Of a stretch of DNA of 44,775 nt, positions 29,231 through 39,838 are shown one piece after another; positions within the stretch are counted from its first letter, which is position 1; each line of letters opens with the position of its first letter. The translations under genes and the position numbers were made by a program. Source of the stretch: a virus; the IMG/VR virus record IMGVR_UViG_3300029532_000007, positions 1-44,775 of that record; one strand, written 5' to 3'. The notes below the pieces were generated by a model. That model saw only the letters and a list, made by a program, of their open reading frames with translations, ran no database searches and was not told the origin of the DNA.

Positions 29231-29740
29231 ATGGCAAAGAGAACGGAAGGAATCAAGACGACAACCGACAGCAAGCCCACCCGTAAAGTGGGCCGCCCTC
29301 GTGCATATACCCCCGAAGCTCTTGAAGTCAAGTTCGAGGAGTATGCAAAATGGGTGAAAGCGAATCCACGATACAGCAACAGGGTATTGGCCGACGGCTC
29401 TGTTATTCCCGTACCTTACGAACGACCGCTGACACTATCCAGCTTTGCCGTATTTGCAGGAATTGTTCCGGAAACCTTTAGAAACTTTGAGGAACAAGAG
29501 GAATATTTTGGCGTGTGTGCGCGCGTGCGCGCGCGAATCGAATCCGATCAGTTGGAGGGGGCTATGTGTGAGCAGTACAACTCGACGATTGCGTCGCGTG
29601 TTCTGCATCTTGCCGACCGCCAGGATGTGACAACCAACGGCAAGGCGATAACGGCCGCAACACAGCCTATTTCCGTGGTCCTCGATCCCGAAGCTGCCAA
29701 GATCATTCAGTCCATCGGCAAAATGACAGTGAAGGAATGA
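29231..29740 (+). CDS. terS: Terminase small subunit
   Basis: KVGRPRAYTPEALEVKFEEYAKWV..PLTLSSFAVFAGIVPETFRNFEE is the typical phage DNA-packaging small-subunit HTH pattern. It is directly upstream of terL. The start is set at ATG 29231. Confidence 0.75.
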   Translation: MAKRTEGIKTTTDSKPTRKVGRPRAYTPEALEVKFEEYAKWVKANPRYSNRVLADGSVIPVPYERPLTLSSFAVFAGIVPETFRNFEEQEEYFGVCARVRARIESDQLEGAMCEQYNSTIASRVLHLADRQDVTTNGKAITAATQPISVVLDPEAAKIIQSIGKMTVKE

Positions 29741-30972
29741 CGCCCGATCCCGTAACATACAGAGGCAAGACCTACAAAGTCAAGATGTACCTCTACCAGC
29801 TATACGCCGGGAGCGGCGCCGTCGTCCGTATCTTCGACGAAGGAAGCTCCCGATCCGGAAAAACTTTCGACACGGCAGACTTTCTGTATGACATCTGCGC
29901 ATCATCGTCCGTACCTCTTAAAATATACTGTTATCGGGCCACGCTTCAAGATTGCAAGGAAAAGACGCTGGACGACTTCCGCAAGAAGCTGCAATTACGC
30001 GGCGCATACGATCCCGATTGTATGCGTGGCGAAAACATTCTCCCCGAATATCGCATCAAGGATAGCGTGATTCGTTTCCGGGGTCTCGACAAAATGGATG
30101 TCAAAGAGGGCCACGACTGCGACATCGTATATTTCAACGAGATGCTCGACGGTGTAAGCCGTGCGCAATTCGACAATATCACCATGCGTTGCACGCGGAT
30201 GGTCATCGGTGACTGGAACCCGAAATACACGGAGCATTGGGCGTTCCATATGGAGGGCGCTCCGGATACTATTTTCACGCACACGACGTACAAGGATAAT
30301 CCCTTCTGCCCGGCGGGGGTTCGCCGCACAATCGAGGGATACGAACCCACTCCCGAGAATATCGCCGCCGGAACTGCCGACGAATGGCGCTGGAAAGTGT
30401 ACGGCCTCGGAGTACGTGCCGCGCAGGAGGGGCTGATATTCCCCGACATCGACTGGATCGACGAATTCCCCGAAGACATCGAACGCGTTGTATTGGGCCT
30501 CGACTTCGGATTCACAGCAGACCCCACGGCCTGCGTACGTGTCGGATTCCGGGTCCCGAACCATCTTTACTTGCAGGAGCTGATATATCAGCCTATCGAC
30601 GACACTTCGAAATTATATGCAGCGCTTTCGCCGCACTTCTCAAACGGAGTATCCCGATGTTATGCAGATAGCGCCGACAAATATGCCAAATCCCCCGAAA
30701 GCATGATAACCGCAATGCGCATTAAAGGGCTTACGGTCATCCCCGTGCGGAAATACCCGGGGTCTGTCATGGACGGCATCACGGCCATGAAAGGATGCAA
30801 GATACATTGCGTGCGTTCGCGCAACATGCAGATAGAAGCAAACTCGTACGTGTGGGAGACGGTGAACGGCATCGCCATAAACTACCCGCACGACGAATTC
30901 AACCATCTATGGGACGCTGCCAGATATGCCGTTCAGTCTGAATTCAAGAACCTTATTCAAATAGCTGCATAA
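29737..30972 (+). CDS. terL: Terminase large subunit
   Basis: 411 aa. It has Walker A EGSSRSGKTF and a C-terminal nuclease-like region with conserved acidic residues. It overlaps the terS stop. Confidence 0.85.
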   Translation: MTPDPVTYRGKTYKVKMYLYQLYAGSGAVVRIFDEGSSRSGKTFDTADFLYDICASSSVPLKIYCYRATLQDCKEKTLDDFRKKLQLRGAYDPDCMRGENILPEYRIKDSVIRFRGLDKMDVKEGHDCDIVYFNEMLDGVSRAQFDNITMRCTRMVIGDWNPKYTEHWAFHMEGAPDTIFTHTTYKDNPFCPAGVRRTIEGYEPTPENIAAGTADEWRWKVYGLGVRAAQEGLIFPDIDWIDEFPEDIERVVLGLDFGFTADPTACVRVGFRVPNHLYLQELIYQPIDDTSKLYAALSPHFSNGVSRCYADSADKYAKSPESMITAMRIKGLTVIPVRKYPGSVMDGITAMKGCKIHCVRSRNMQIEANSYVWETVNGIAINYPHDEFNHLWDAARYAVQSEFKNLIQIAA

Positions 30973-32210
30973 TGAATCTATTCGGCTACGAAATACGCAG
31001 GAAAAGCAATAATACAGCCTCAAATTTGCCGGCATCGACATTGAGCTACATCGGCGTACCTCCGGTATTTCAGGGATCAACTGAAACCGTGGGGACGATC
31101 GACACCAGGGGCAAAGCGGGACAAGCCAAAGCATACGCACTTTGCTCGCCGCTGATGTCTGTAATCTCGAAGAAATGCGCGGCAATTAAGAATCTACGTC
31201 TTGCAGCCACCACGGAAGATGGTGAAGACCTCGAACGACCGGACGCCGTGCGGACCATATCGCATCCTAATAGCGTGCAGGGCATCGCGGACTTCGTGGC
31301 ACACATCGAGGCCATGACGCAGATTTTCGGCAAAGCCTATATCGTACGCATGGAATCAGTGGGATTCCCGGGAGCTTTCGAGCTGTTCGTCGCCCCCAAT
31401 CTTTGCGTCACGGAAAATGCCGCAATATCTCCGGCGTTATCGTTCATTCCCGATGCGGACATCGTGGATTATACCGTGACCATTTGCGGATCTTCGATGA
31501 AGATAGCCAAAGAAGATATGTTCATCGTGAGGGATGCCTCTTATGATCTCAATGCTTGCGGCGGCAACATCTCCCGAATGGTATCATTACAGAAGCCGGT
31601 GAATACTTTCGTAGCATCCTACGAAGCTGTGCATGAACTGATGATCAACCGCGGTATGCTGGCTATTATCTCGCTGACATCCGGAAGCGGCGATATTATT
31701 CGAGATGCTCGGCTGCCGGAAACAGAGTCGGAGAAGAAAAACATACAACAGGCATTCAGAAAGTACGGCATCCAGTCCGATCAATTCAAATACGCGATCA
31801 CGTCCATGAATGCTGCCGTAAGTCCGGTATCGTCAACGATTACCGATCTGGGACTGACAGACGTGCAGAAAGCCTGCAAGAAAGAAATTGCGGACATCTA
31901 CCAAGTGCCGAGCGTGCTGCTCGACGTAGAGGGTTCAACGTACGCCAACGCCAAAGAAGCGAAAACGATATTATATAACGACGCGATAATCCCCGAGGCA
32001 AATAATATATTCTCCGTGCTCAACAGGATATATGGCTTTGAGGATTTCAAGGTGATGCCCTACTACGATCATCTTGAACTCTTCCAAGAGTCTAAGCGCG
32101 AACAGGCGGCGGGCATGACCAATCTCGTAAATGCCTTGAATAACGCCGTGTCCGGAGGTCTGATGACTACGGAGCAGGCTAAAACAGAACTTTTGAAATA
32201 TATCGTATAA
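30972..32210 (+). CDS. Portal protein
   Basis: 412-aa ORF between terL and the prohead protease. Its size and position fit an HK97-type portal. Confidence 0.75.
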   Translation: MNLFGYEIRRKSNNTASNLPASTLSYIGVPPVFQGSTETVGTIDTRGKAGQAKAYALCSPLMSVISKKCAAIKNLRLAATTEDGEDLERPDAVRTISHPNSVQGIADFVAHIEAMTQIFGKAYIVRMESVGFPGAFELFVAPNLCVTENAAISPALSFIPDADIVDYTVTICGSSMKIAKEDMFIVRDASYDLNACGGNISRMVSLQKPVNTFVASYEAVHELMINRGMLAIISLTSGSGDIIRDARLPETESEKKNIQQAFRKYGIQSDQFKYAITSMNAAVSPVSSTITDLGLTDVQKACKKEIADIYQVPSVLLDVEGSTYANAKEAKTILYNDAIIPEANNIFSVLNRIYGFEDFKVMPYYDHLELFQESKREQAAGMTNLVNALNNAVSGGLMTTEQAKTELLKYIV

Positions 32211-32211
32211 C

Positions 32212-32913
32212 ATGAACTTATCTCAGCAAATAGAAGCGCGCCGGGCGGCAATGGGCAACACTTGCCGCAAAGAGTTCGCCGTGACAAAAGCGGACATTGC
32301 GAACGAGGACGAGCATATTATCCTCGTGAAGTTCGCCAATTTCGGCAACAAGGACAGCGCGGGCGATATTCTTATCAAAGGATGCTTCGCCAAGTCCATT
32401 AACGACAGGGGCCCGGGATCGGCCACAAACCGCAAAATCGCGTTCGTATGGCAACATGATTTCGCCGACCCTATCGGCCGGATACTGTCTATCGAAGAGC
32501 GTGAAGACGGTGCATATGCAGAAGTTAAGCTGAGCAACTTCGACGCGGTGCCGAATGCAAAGCGCGCGTGGTTCCAGCTCAAAGACGGCGATATTAATCA
32601 GTTCTCGTTCGGATTCAACTACGTATGGGACAAAATGGAATATGACGAAGCCCTCGACGCGTTCATCGTTAAGGAAGTCGTGTTGCATGAAATATCCGTC
32701 GTTACTGCCGGAGCCAACGAGGAAACGGCATTCGTCGGTGCTGTGAAGAGTTTACCGGACGCCATCAAGGTTATGAGCGATGCTCTCAATGCGGCGTCAT
32801 TGGAGGAGAAAATGAAGATCAAAAAGCAAATCATCGAGACATTGAACGCAGCCGAGCCGGAGAAACCACTCACTGAAAATATGTTCGGGAAAATAGGTTC
32901 ACATATCAATTAA
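32212..32913 (+). CDS. HK97-family prohead serine protease
   Basis: FGNKDSAGDILIKGCF..FVWQHDFADPIG..FSFGF..LHEISVVTAGANEE. Confidence 0.8.
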   Translation: MNLSQQIEARRAAMGNTCRKEFAVTKADIANEDEHIILVKFANFGNKDSAGDILIKGCFAKSINDRGPGSATNRKIAFVWQHDFADPIGRILSIEEREDGAYAEVKLSNFDAVPNAKRAWFQLKDGDINQFSFGFNYVWDKMEYDEALDAFIVKEVVLHEISVVTAGANEETAFVGAVKSLPDAIKVMSDALNAASLEEKMKIKKQIIETLNAAEPEKPLTENMFGKIGSHIN

Positions 32914-32932
32914 CCAAAAAACACAAAGAAGA

Positions 32933-34234
32933 ATGGAGATTAAATCATTTGTGCTTCCCGCTGGCGTAGAGTTCAGCGAGGACGAGAAAAAGGGCCTGAA
33001 CGCGCTCGGAGATTATATCAAAGGGCAGTTCGAGGAGATGGTCGCAGGCATCAAGTCACAGAACGAGATCGTCGAGGCTGTCAAGGAGGAGTTCGGGAAA
33101 CTCGGGCTGTCGCCGGCGAAGATCGAAAAACTGGAGGGCGCGCTTAAAGCTCAAGGCGTCGAGATCGCCACGATGAAGAAAGGCGCTCCCAAGCAGGAGG
33201 GACACAAAACGCTGGTCGCCGCTATGGAAGAGGTGCTGAAATCGGAAGAGTTCGCCGCCGCATATAAGGATATGCGGAACGGACGGGGGAGACTCTCGAC
33301 GGGCGAGTTCGCGCTCAAACTCGACACGTCGGCCGTGACGAACGAAGACCCCAACCGCACCGTGCTGACGACGAAGATTTACGCAGACGCCAGCCCCCGC
33401 AATGCGTTCGTGCAACTCTTCACGCGCATCAATGTGCCCGACGACAAGAACCGCATCATGTACAACGATGCTTCCTACACCGACGGCACCGGGTATGCAG
33501 AGGAGATGACAAAGCACACCAATACCGACACCGCCACGCTTACGGGCAAATACCGTGAGCTGGCAAAACTCGGTTCCGTGCTTCCTTTCTCGGCTGAGAG
33601 CGCCGAAGATTTCGGGTACTTCCTGGCATGGGCGCAGACGAAGGCCCAGCAGGGGATCGCAGCCAAGCTCGATTCTCTGCTGTGGGACGGTGACGGCGTG
33701 GATGCCTCCAAGCCCAAACACATCTACGGACTAAAAGCATCCGGCGTTACGGCATTCAATGCAACGACGGCGGGTGTGGCAACCAGCGTGTCAGCACCGA
33801 ACATCGCCGACCTGATCCTCGCCATGAAAACGCAGGCAAAGGTCGGGACCAACGATTCGATGGCTCCGAATTACGTGCTGATGAACTATGCCACCGAATT
33901 CAAGATGCGCACGCTGAAGAACACCCTCGGCGACTACATCACGGTGCTGCCCAATGGGGCCTTGTCGGTGCATGGCATGACGATTATCCCGACCCCGAAA
34001 CTCTCGGCCTCGGAGCTCGTCGTGCTCGATTCCACGACGCTCCAGCTGCACGACAAGCGCAATATCACTATGGAGATCGAGCGCGTCCCGGAGACGGATT
34101 CGTATCGTCTGTGGCTGTGGTATCGCGGGCAAGCCCTCGTTACACGGCCGGATATGAAAGCGAATATCTATGTCGCCGACATCAACACCGCTCTGGCCGC
34201 CATCGAGAAAGCAACAGCAGGATCGACCGAGTAA
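32933..34234 (+). CDS. Major capsid protein (HK97 fold family)
   Basis: 433 aa directly after the protease, with an N-terminal scaffold-like coiled coil. It is followed by a strong terminator-like hairpin. Confidence 0.8.
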   Translation: MEIKSFVLPAGVEFSEDEKKGLNALGDYIKGQFEEMVAGIKSQNEIVEAVKEEFGKLGLSPAKIEKLEGALKAQGVEIATMKKGAPKQEGHKTLVAAMEEVLKSEEFAAAYKDMRNGRGRLSTGEFALKLDTSAVTNEDPNRTVLTTKIYADASPRNAFVQLFTRINVPDDKNRIMYNDASYTDGTGYAEEMTKHTNTDTATLTGKYRELAKLGSVLPFSAESAEDFGYFLAWAQTKAQQGIAAKLDSLLWDGDGVDASKPKHIYGLKASGVTAFNATTAGVATSVSAPNIADLILAMKTQAKVGTNDSMAPNYVLMNYATEFKMRTLKNTLGDYITVLPNGALSVHGMTIIPTPKLSASELVVLDSTTLQLHDKRNITMEIERVPETDSYRLWLWYRGQALVTRPDMKANIYVADINTALAAIEKATAGSTE

Positions 34235-34237
34235 CCC

Positions 34238-34435
34238 ATGAAAGCGAAAGATGAAGCAGCTATGACACGCGCCCCCGTTAGGCGCGGTCGTCGCGCCCTT
34301 AAAGCCAACGTCCTGCGCGTCGAAGTCATTAGAGCGCATGACGGGATCGACAAGGGCGAAATACTCATCAAATCGCGGGCAACTGCGGAAATGATGATCG
34401 CCAAAGGGTTCTATAAAAAGGCCCTGGAGGAGTAA
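34238..34435 (+). CDS. Small basic hypothetical protein
   Basis: 65-aa ORF, 3 nt after the capsid stop. Confidence 0.5.
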   Translation: MKAKDEAAMTRAPVRRGRRALKANVLRVEVIRAHDGIDKGEILIKSRATAEMMIAKGFYKKALEE

Positions 34436-34438
34436 CCG

Positions 34439-34470
34439 GATAGGGGCGGCAACACGCCGCCCCTATCTTC
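34439..34470 (+). terminator. Strong hairpin after the capsid module (weak U-tract)
   Basis: ataggggcggc-aacac-gccgcccctat, then cttcaaat. Confidence 0.55.
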
Positions 34471-34482
34471 AAATAAAATACC

Positions 34483-34962
34483 ATGATCTTAGACGAGCGA
34501 TATTTCACCTACCCCGAGACATATATTGCGGGGATAGAGACCAAGAGCGACGGTAAACCCGCCGGACCTGCCCCCAAAATCATAAGCGATATTCAGGCAT
34601 ATATCGCCAAGTACGAACCTCGGTTTCTGCGAATGCTTCTGGGGTCGGATGTCGCCGACAATATTGAGGATTACCCAGCTATTGTGGCGCTGCTGGCTCA
34701 ACCGGACAAGGGGACATCCGTAATTGCCAAGTATATCTATTTCTACTACTCGCGCGACCATATGACATTCAACACCGTTGCCGGGGAAAAGCTGAAGAAC
34801 ACCGAAAGCAGCACCCGAACATCTCCGACACATCGGCTCGTCCGCGTGTGGAACGATATGGTAGACGAATGCCGAGAGATCATCCGCATCGTTGACGATG
34901 TTAAGCTGTGCCCGGACTTTTACGCGGAGATATTCGAACCGATCAATACTTACAACCTATGA
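34483..34962 (+). CDS. Head-completion / connector-region protein (unassigned)
   Basis: 159-aa ORF in the morphogenesis series. Confidence 0.6.
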   Translation: MILDERYFTYPETYIAGIETKSDGKPAGPAPKIISDIQAYIAKYEPRFLRMLLGSDVADNIEDYPAIVALLAQPDKGTSVIAKYIYFYYSRDHMTFNTVAGEKLKNTESSTRTSPTHRLVRVWNDMVDECREIIRIVDDVKLCPDFYAEIFEPINTYNL

Positions 34963-35618
34963 AGATAACCCCCAAAGATACGGTTAGTGATGTTGTGATG
35001 CGCAACCGTGCATTATTCAGCATGGGTACCGAACGTATCGTAAAAGCCATACAAGGCCTTCCGGAGCCGGAGTTCGTGCCTATGAAACGCCGAATGTGGT
35101 TCGACAAACGGCTGCCCGTGCGTGACATTGCCGACGTCACTATGGGCGAACTGAACGCCATAGAAGCCCGGAAACCGTCGTACGAATATTTTTGCATCGT
35201 GCTCGGCGTGATGCTCGGGCTCGTGAAGTTCAACCGCATAGGCGTTGACGATAATCCGGATTGGAACGCGGGGTTCAGCATAGACGAGGAGCAAATCGGA
35301 CGCCTCCGGTTCATCCGTGCCCAGCGCTATTTCATTGCCATACAGAAAGGGTTGGAAGGTATCGGCAAATCGTGGGAAAAGCTGGAAATGCCCCTCACGG
35401 CCGCCGAGATGAAAGCGCGTGTCAAGCGACCCAATCGCGGTCTTGTTGCCGTATGCCGCAAATACTGCCAGATCATGAACGGCGCCGTAGATATGAATAA
35501 AGCATGGAATACGCCGTGGGCGACAGTATACGAAGCATTCGAAGCCTGCAAGTGCGACAACATGGAACAGCGAGCCATCTATGAAGCGAACAAATCTAAC
35601 GGGAGACGGAGACGATGA
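34959..35618 (+). CDS. Morphogenesis-region hypothetical protein
   Basis: The start is moved to MKITPKD (ATGA overlap with the upstream stop). Confidence 0.6.
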   Translation: MKITPKDTVSDVVMRNRALFSMGTERIVKAIQGLPEPEFVPMKRRMWFDKRLPVRDIADVTMGELNAIEARKPSYEYFCIVLGVMLGLVKFNRIGVDDNPDWNAGFSIDEEQIGRLRFIRAQRYFIAIQKGLEGIGKSWEKLEMPLTAAEMKARVKRPNRGLVAVCRKYCQIMNGAVDMNKAWNTPWATVYEAFEACKCDNMEQRAIYEANKSNGRRRR

Positions 35619-36031
35619 AAAAAAGCATTAACGAGATATTCAGAGAGTGTGCCAAGGCGGACGGGATGCGCACCTGCATGTACGCACGAATTGCCGAAGC
35701 GAACTACTTGATGGACGATGTCAAGCAATACCCCGTATTGCTCCGTCAGTTCAACGAGACGATTTCCGAAACACGGATGTCGGACATGCGACGCCGGACG
35801 ACGACGCTCTATTTCTGCGACGCCCTCGGGAAAGCGGAGCCGAACACGGAGACCGAAGTGCAGCCAATCGTCGAAAAGATGGAAGAACGGGCATTCGCAT
35901 TTATCAATCGGCTACGGTCAATGGGCCTCGAAGTAGAACTCGTATCCAATGCAACGCCTTTCTACGGAAAATTCGATGCATTGGTGGCGGGAGTGACATT
36001 AAGTGCCACTATAACATACAATATATGCTAA
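35615..36031 (+). CDS. Morphogenesis-region hypothetical protein
   Basis: 138-aa ORF that overlaps the upstream stop. Confidence 0.6.
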   Translation: MKKSINEIFRECAKADGMRTCMYARIAEANYLMDDVKQYPVLLRQFNETISETRMSDMRRRTTTLYFCDALGKAEPNTETEVQPIVEKMEERAFAFINRLRSMGLEVELVSNATPFYGKFDALVAGVTLSATITYNIC

Positions 36032-36032
36032 T

Positions 36033-36596
36033 ATGCCAACTATCAGGCAAATAGAGGAAATATTTAGCCCCGAGCGGATCATCGCCATCTGTGAAGACGA
36101 GTTCGGTCCGCTGGCCGAGCAGATCGCCTTCAATATAATGACAAAGAGAACCAACAGCGGCGCCGATGTCAACGCCCTGAACGTTCCGGAGGAGACGACC
36201 GGCGCAACAGCTGAAAGCCTTAAAACCATCCATGAAGCTACGAACGGTGGACTTACGGTCTCATTTGTCGGGCGCAGGGGCATCAAGAATATCGACGAAG
36301 GAAGTTCCCCACAGGATGTGCAAGAGGAGTTCGGCAGCTTCGAGGCATTCCGGAACGCGATAGAGCGGTGGGCGCGGGTTAAAGAATCGAGATGGAACCT
36401 TGACCCAAGATCGATAAACGCATATGGCGTTGCTTCAAGCGTCTGGGATCACGGAAGCGTGCTTTATCAAGAGGGCGGAGGAACGGAGATAATGAAAGAC
36501 TTACTGCCCGAAGTTGTCGATAGAATCAGCAAAAAAATAACAGAGGAACTCGATACATCCATTTATCAACTATTAGATGCGACGATAGAATTATGA
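36033..36596 (+). CDS. Morphogenesis-region hypothetical protein
   Basis: 187-aa ORF, 1 nt after the upstream stop. Confidence 0.6.
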   Translation: MPTIRQIEEIFSPERIIAICEDEFGPLAEQIAFNIMTKRTNSGADVNALNVPEETTGATAESLKTIHEATNGGLTVSFVGRRGIKNIDEGSSPQDVQEEFGSFEAFRNAIERWARVKESRWNLDPRSINAYGVASSVWDHGSVLYQEGGGTEIMKDLLPEVVDRISKKITEELDTSIYQLLDATIEL

Positions 36597-37600
36597 TATT
36601 GCACACAAATGACGTATTCAAGGTAACCCGCCCAGAGGATATCTTCGAGACCCGGGGCCGTTTTGCGTATTTTCGGGTTGAACTGCTCTCCCAAAAGGGG
36701 AATATAGACGTGTCCCTTAAATTGACAGGAAGGCCCGATTGGACATTCACTCGGTCTATCACCTTGACACGCAAAACTAACGACAAAGGTGTGGCGGTAT
36801 TCCCTGTTGGGCGAATATGCGAAAGTCTGATTCAAGGAACCAAATCGAATTTAATCACCTATGCAATTACTGCCTCCGAACATAACAATACTGGACCGGC
36901 TCTTTACGCAGTCCCTGGATTTGCAGACCGGGAGATTCTCCTCGAATGGGGAGATGGGGAAAATATTTCACAATTCTATCCCGCTGCCCCCTGCATTGTG
37001 GTCTATCCGAACGCAGGATTCGAGCAGTCGCTATTTTTTCCGAAACAAACGGGCGAGCTTTTCGTGCTTACGCCCTCCTCGACAACAACAGAGAAATACA
37101 TCGGATATTCGACATTTTCTCCCATCATCCCGTTTGATCCGGCAAAAATCCCATCTGAAGACCTTGGCAAGCCGCTTGCTGTGGGAGCCACCCCGACAGA
37201 CTATAATGCGGAGATACGAACTTACTACGATTATTGCACCAAGGGGATATTTCTGAAATGGACGGATGCTGCCGGTATCCCCTATTTATACCGATGGACG
37301 CAGGAATCTAAAACCGACGAAATGTCTGTGGAATCTACTTATCATCAACTCGACGATACGCTGACACCTCGCGACGTGCAGAACAAGACGCTGGCCAAAC
37401 GCTATACCTTGCATAGTCGCATTGTTGAAAGGGATGTTTTCAACTTGTGCCGCACGATCCTCGGATGTCAGGATTTGTTTATGTACGACCCGGATGCGGG
37501 CAATTGGGTGCGTTTCATGGTTGAAGATTCAGAATCCGAAGACACGGGCGCGCCGATGCAAGATTTGGTCGTTGAAATAGTAAGATACGAATATCTATGA
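36593..37600 (+). CDS. Virion structural protein (tail/baseplate candidate)
   Basis: 335-aa ORF, overlapping its neighbours at both ends. Confidence 0.6.
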   Translation: MILHTNDVFKVTRPEDIFETRGRFAYFRVELLSQKGNIDVSLKLTGRPDWTFTRSITLTRKTNDKGVAVFPVGRICESLIQGTKSNLITYAITASEHNNTGPALYAVPGFADREILLEWGDGENISQFYPAAPCIVVYPNAGFEQSLFFPKQTGELFVLTPSSTTTEKYIGYSTFSPIIPFDPAKIPSEDLGKPLAVGATPTDYNAEIRTYYDYCTKGIFLKWTDAAGIPYLYRWTQESKTDEMSVESTYHQLDDTLTPRDVQNKTLAKRYTLHSRIVERDVFNLCRTILGCQDLFMYDPDAGNWVRFMVEDSESEDTGAPMQDLVVEIVRYEYL

Positions 37601-39807
37601 CAACCTACGAACTATACATCAACGATATTCTGTGCGACCTTTCGAGCGACGAGGTCGTAACCCTGCTCTATCAAAGCCCAATATTTTCGAGCCTTGACAG
37701 CATCCAGTCGAACCGGTCCTACAATGTTGCGCTGCCGCCTACGCCTACGAATATGCAGGCTATCGGTCAGGCAGCCCGTCCGGATGTGGATGCCTACGCT
37801 CCGTATGTGCGCCTCCCGGCGGCATTGTACCAGGACGGGGTGCCACTGTTCACGCAGGGGTTCGCCGTGGTAACGGATATTGCGGATACGATCAATGTAA
37901 CGCTTACGTGGGGCAACGTGGATAACTTTCAGCCTCTGTTTGACGCGAACCTGCGGGATTTGGGGCCGCAACTGGAAGAACTCGAAGCGGAGCGCATCGA
38001 CTGGAACGAAAACACGACCATTTTAGAAGGAAATACGACCAATGAATACCCCGGTGTAGCGTTTTGGGGCGTGAATTTCGGAATGGGACTGTCGAACCCC
38101 AAGTATTTGCACCCGTCCGTGCAGGTGAAAACAATTCTTTCGGCTATCGAAAAGTATAACGGGATCACTATCGACGGCAAGGAGCGGCTGGCGTACAGCA
38201 AGAATCTTGGGCCTATTATTCCGCTGGTGTCGAAAAATGCAGACTATGAACATAACTATGCGTACAAATCAAATGAAGAAAGCCCCATATCCATGAATTT
38301 GTATTTTAATGGACATGACCAAGCTGGTATCGTTGGGTTCCCATCCGGCACTATGGGGTTTAAGAACAATGGAGCAACAGCTATCAAAATATCAATTTCT
38401 TCTTCGGATGCCGATAAGTTTTATGTTAAATTTAATTGGCCGAGTTATGGTGAAGAGAAAGATGGCACTGCAACCATGTCTATATATGGCGTTCGTTATA
38501 CGGGAGAGCGGGACGTATTATATAAGGAAACGTCCCCGTATAATACTAAAAATGGCAAAGTATGGTTTAGTGCTTTAGTACTTAACATAAATGGCGCATC
38601 CCAATATACAGGGTTTAATGTCAACTTCGAATCAACAGACGTCTTGCCCGATGAGTATCTTGTGGGCGACGTTTTAGTTTTCGGCGACTTTGACAACTTC
38701 GAAATTAGCTATCCGAATGCTTTTTATGTCGCCCCCAACCTACCCGACATCTCGCAAGGCGATTTTATCCTCGCCCTGATGTCCATGAACGGCCTATTCG
38801 CCTATGCGGACAAGAATAGCCCGAACACGATCAAGCCGATAAGCATCGACGATATAATTGCCAATGTCCAGAACAACGACATCATCGACTGGAGCGACCG
38901 GGTTATCCTGAATGACCTGCACCGAGTCGATATGCCAGACGCCTCGATGTTCACCATCGACGACCTCGCGCAAAGCAACATCCTCGACTACGACAACGAC
39001 GACGATGTAAAGGCTGACACGCACGGCACCATCACGATCCGCAACGAAAACATCGAGAAAGAAACGGAGCTGGTGTCGCTGCCTTTCTCTGCATCTGAAA
39101 ATGCAACGACGGACGGGGTAAATTGCGCCGTTGTGCCGATCTATGAGGATAACGGAAAAGGCGGCGCCAATTATTCGGAGTGCTCACCACGCATTCTATC
39201 GGGGCGTGGAGCGTTTATGTCGGGCATTGCCCGATGTATTGGCGTATTCGATCCGTGGATGAAGTTCGGCGGCGAGGAAGGTATCGTAAAGACCCGATAT
39301 TCGTCCTATCAGAAAGTCGTTGACCGCCTGCGAATCATCACCATTCGGGCAAAACTCACGGCTCTCGATCTCTACAACCTCGACTACACGAAGCCGGTGT
39401 ATATAGCCCAATTCGGGCAGATATTCGCCATATATTCGGTAGAAACAGGCGAAAACGACATCTGCGACTGCCAACTGCTGAAACTGAAAGTGGACGGAGT
39501 GGTGGCAGCAACGTATTATCTGCGCTTGGACGGCAAGAATGAAGACAGCCAATGGGTTGCAGAAGCGGACGGCATTAACGGCACAGCGTATGCCATAACA
39601 TCGAACGGAACGCCATATATCGTCGATTACGATTCCCGCCTTTATGTCGATCTGTACGAGGAGGACGGCGATCTGTATCTGTCTATCTCCGCCCCCAAAA
39701 ACGCCGGAACCGAGGAAATTAATTACAACCCTGTCATTCTGGGAATTCAGGAGAACGACGCCGTGCGCCGGGAGGTGGCAGTATCCCAGAAAGCAAAGTC
39801 GGCTTAA
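37597..39807 (+). CDS. Large virion structural protein (tail/baseplate/central fibre candidate)
   Basis: 736-aa ORF immediately upstream of the tape measure. Confidence 0.6.
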   Translation: MTTYELYINDILCDLSSDEVVTLLYQSPIFSSLDSIQSNRSYNVALPPTPTNMQAIGQAARPDVDAYAPYVRLPAALYQDGVPLFTQGFAVVTDIADTINVTLTWGNVDNFQPLFDANLRDLGPQLEELEAERIDWNENTTILEGNTTNEYPGVAFWGVNFGMGLSNPKYLHPSVQVKTILSAIEKYNGITIDGKERLAYSKNLGPIIPLVSKNADYEHNYAYKSNEESPISMNLYFNGHDQAGIVGFPSGTMGFKNNGATAIKISISSSDADKFYVKFNWPSYGEEKDGTATMSIYGVRYTGERDVLYKETSPYNTKNGKVWFSALVLNINGASQYTGFNVNFESTDVLPDEYLVGDVLVFGDFDNFEISYPNAFYVAPNLPDISQGDFILALMSMNGLFAYADKNSPNTIKPISIDDIIANVQNNDIIDWSDRVILNDLHRVDMPDASMFTIDDLAQSNILDYDNDDDVKADTHGTITIRNENIEKETELVSLPFSASENATTDGVNCAVVPIYEDNGKGGANYSECSPRILSGRGAFMSGIARCIGVFDPWMKFGGEEGIVKTRYSSYQKVVDRLRIITIRAKLTALDLYNLDYTKPVYIAQFGQIFAIYSVETGENDICDCQLLKLKVDGVVAATYYLRLDGKNEDSQWVAEADGINGTAYAITSNGTPYIVDYDSRLYVDLYEEDGDLYLSISAPKNAGTEEINYNPVILGIQENDAVRREVAVSQKAKSA

Positions 39808-39838
39808 TTTATTAACCATTTAACCCATATGAAGAAAT

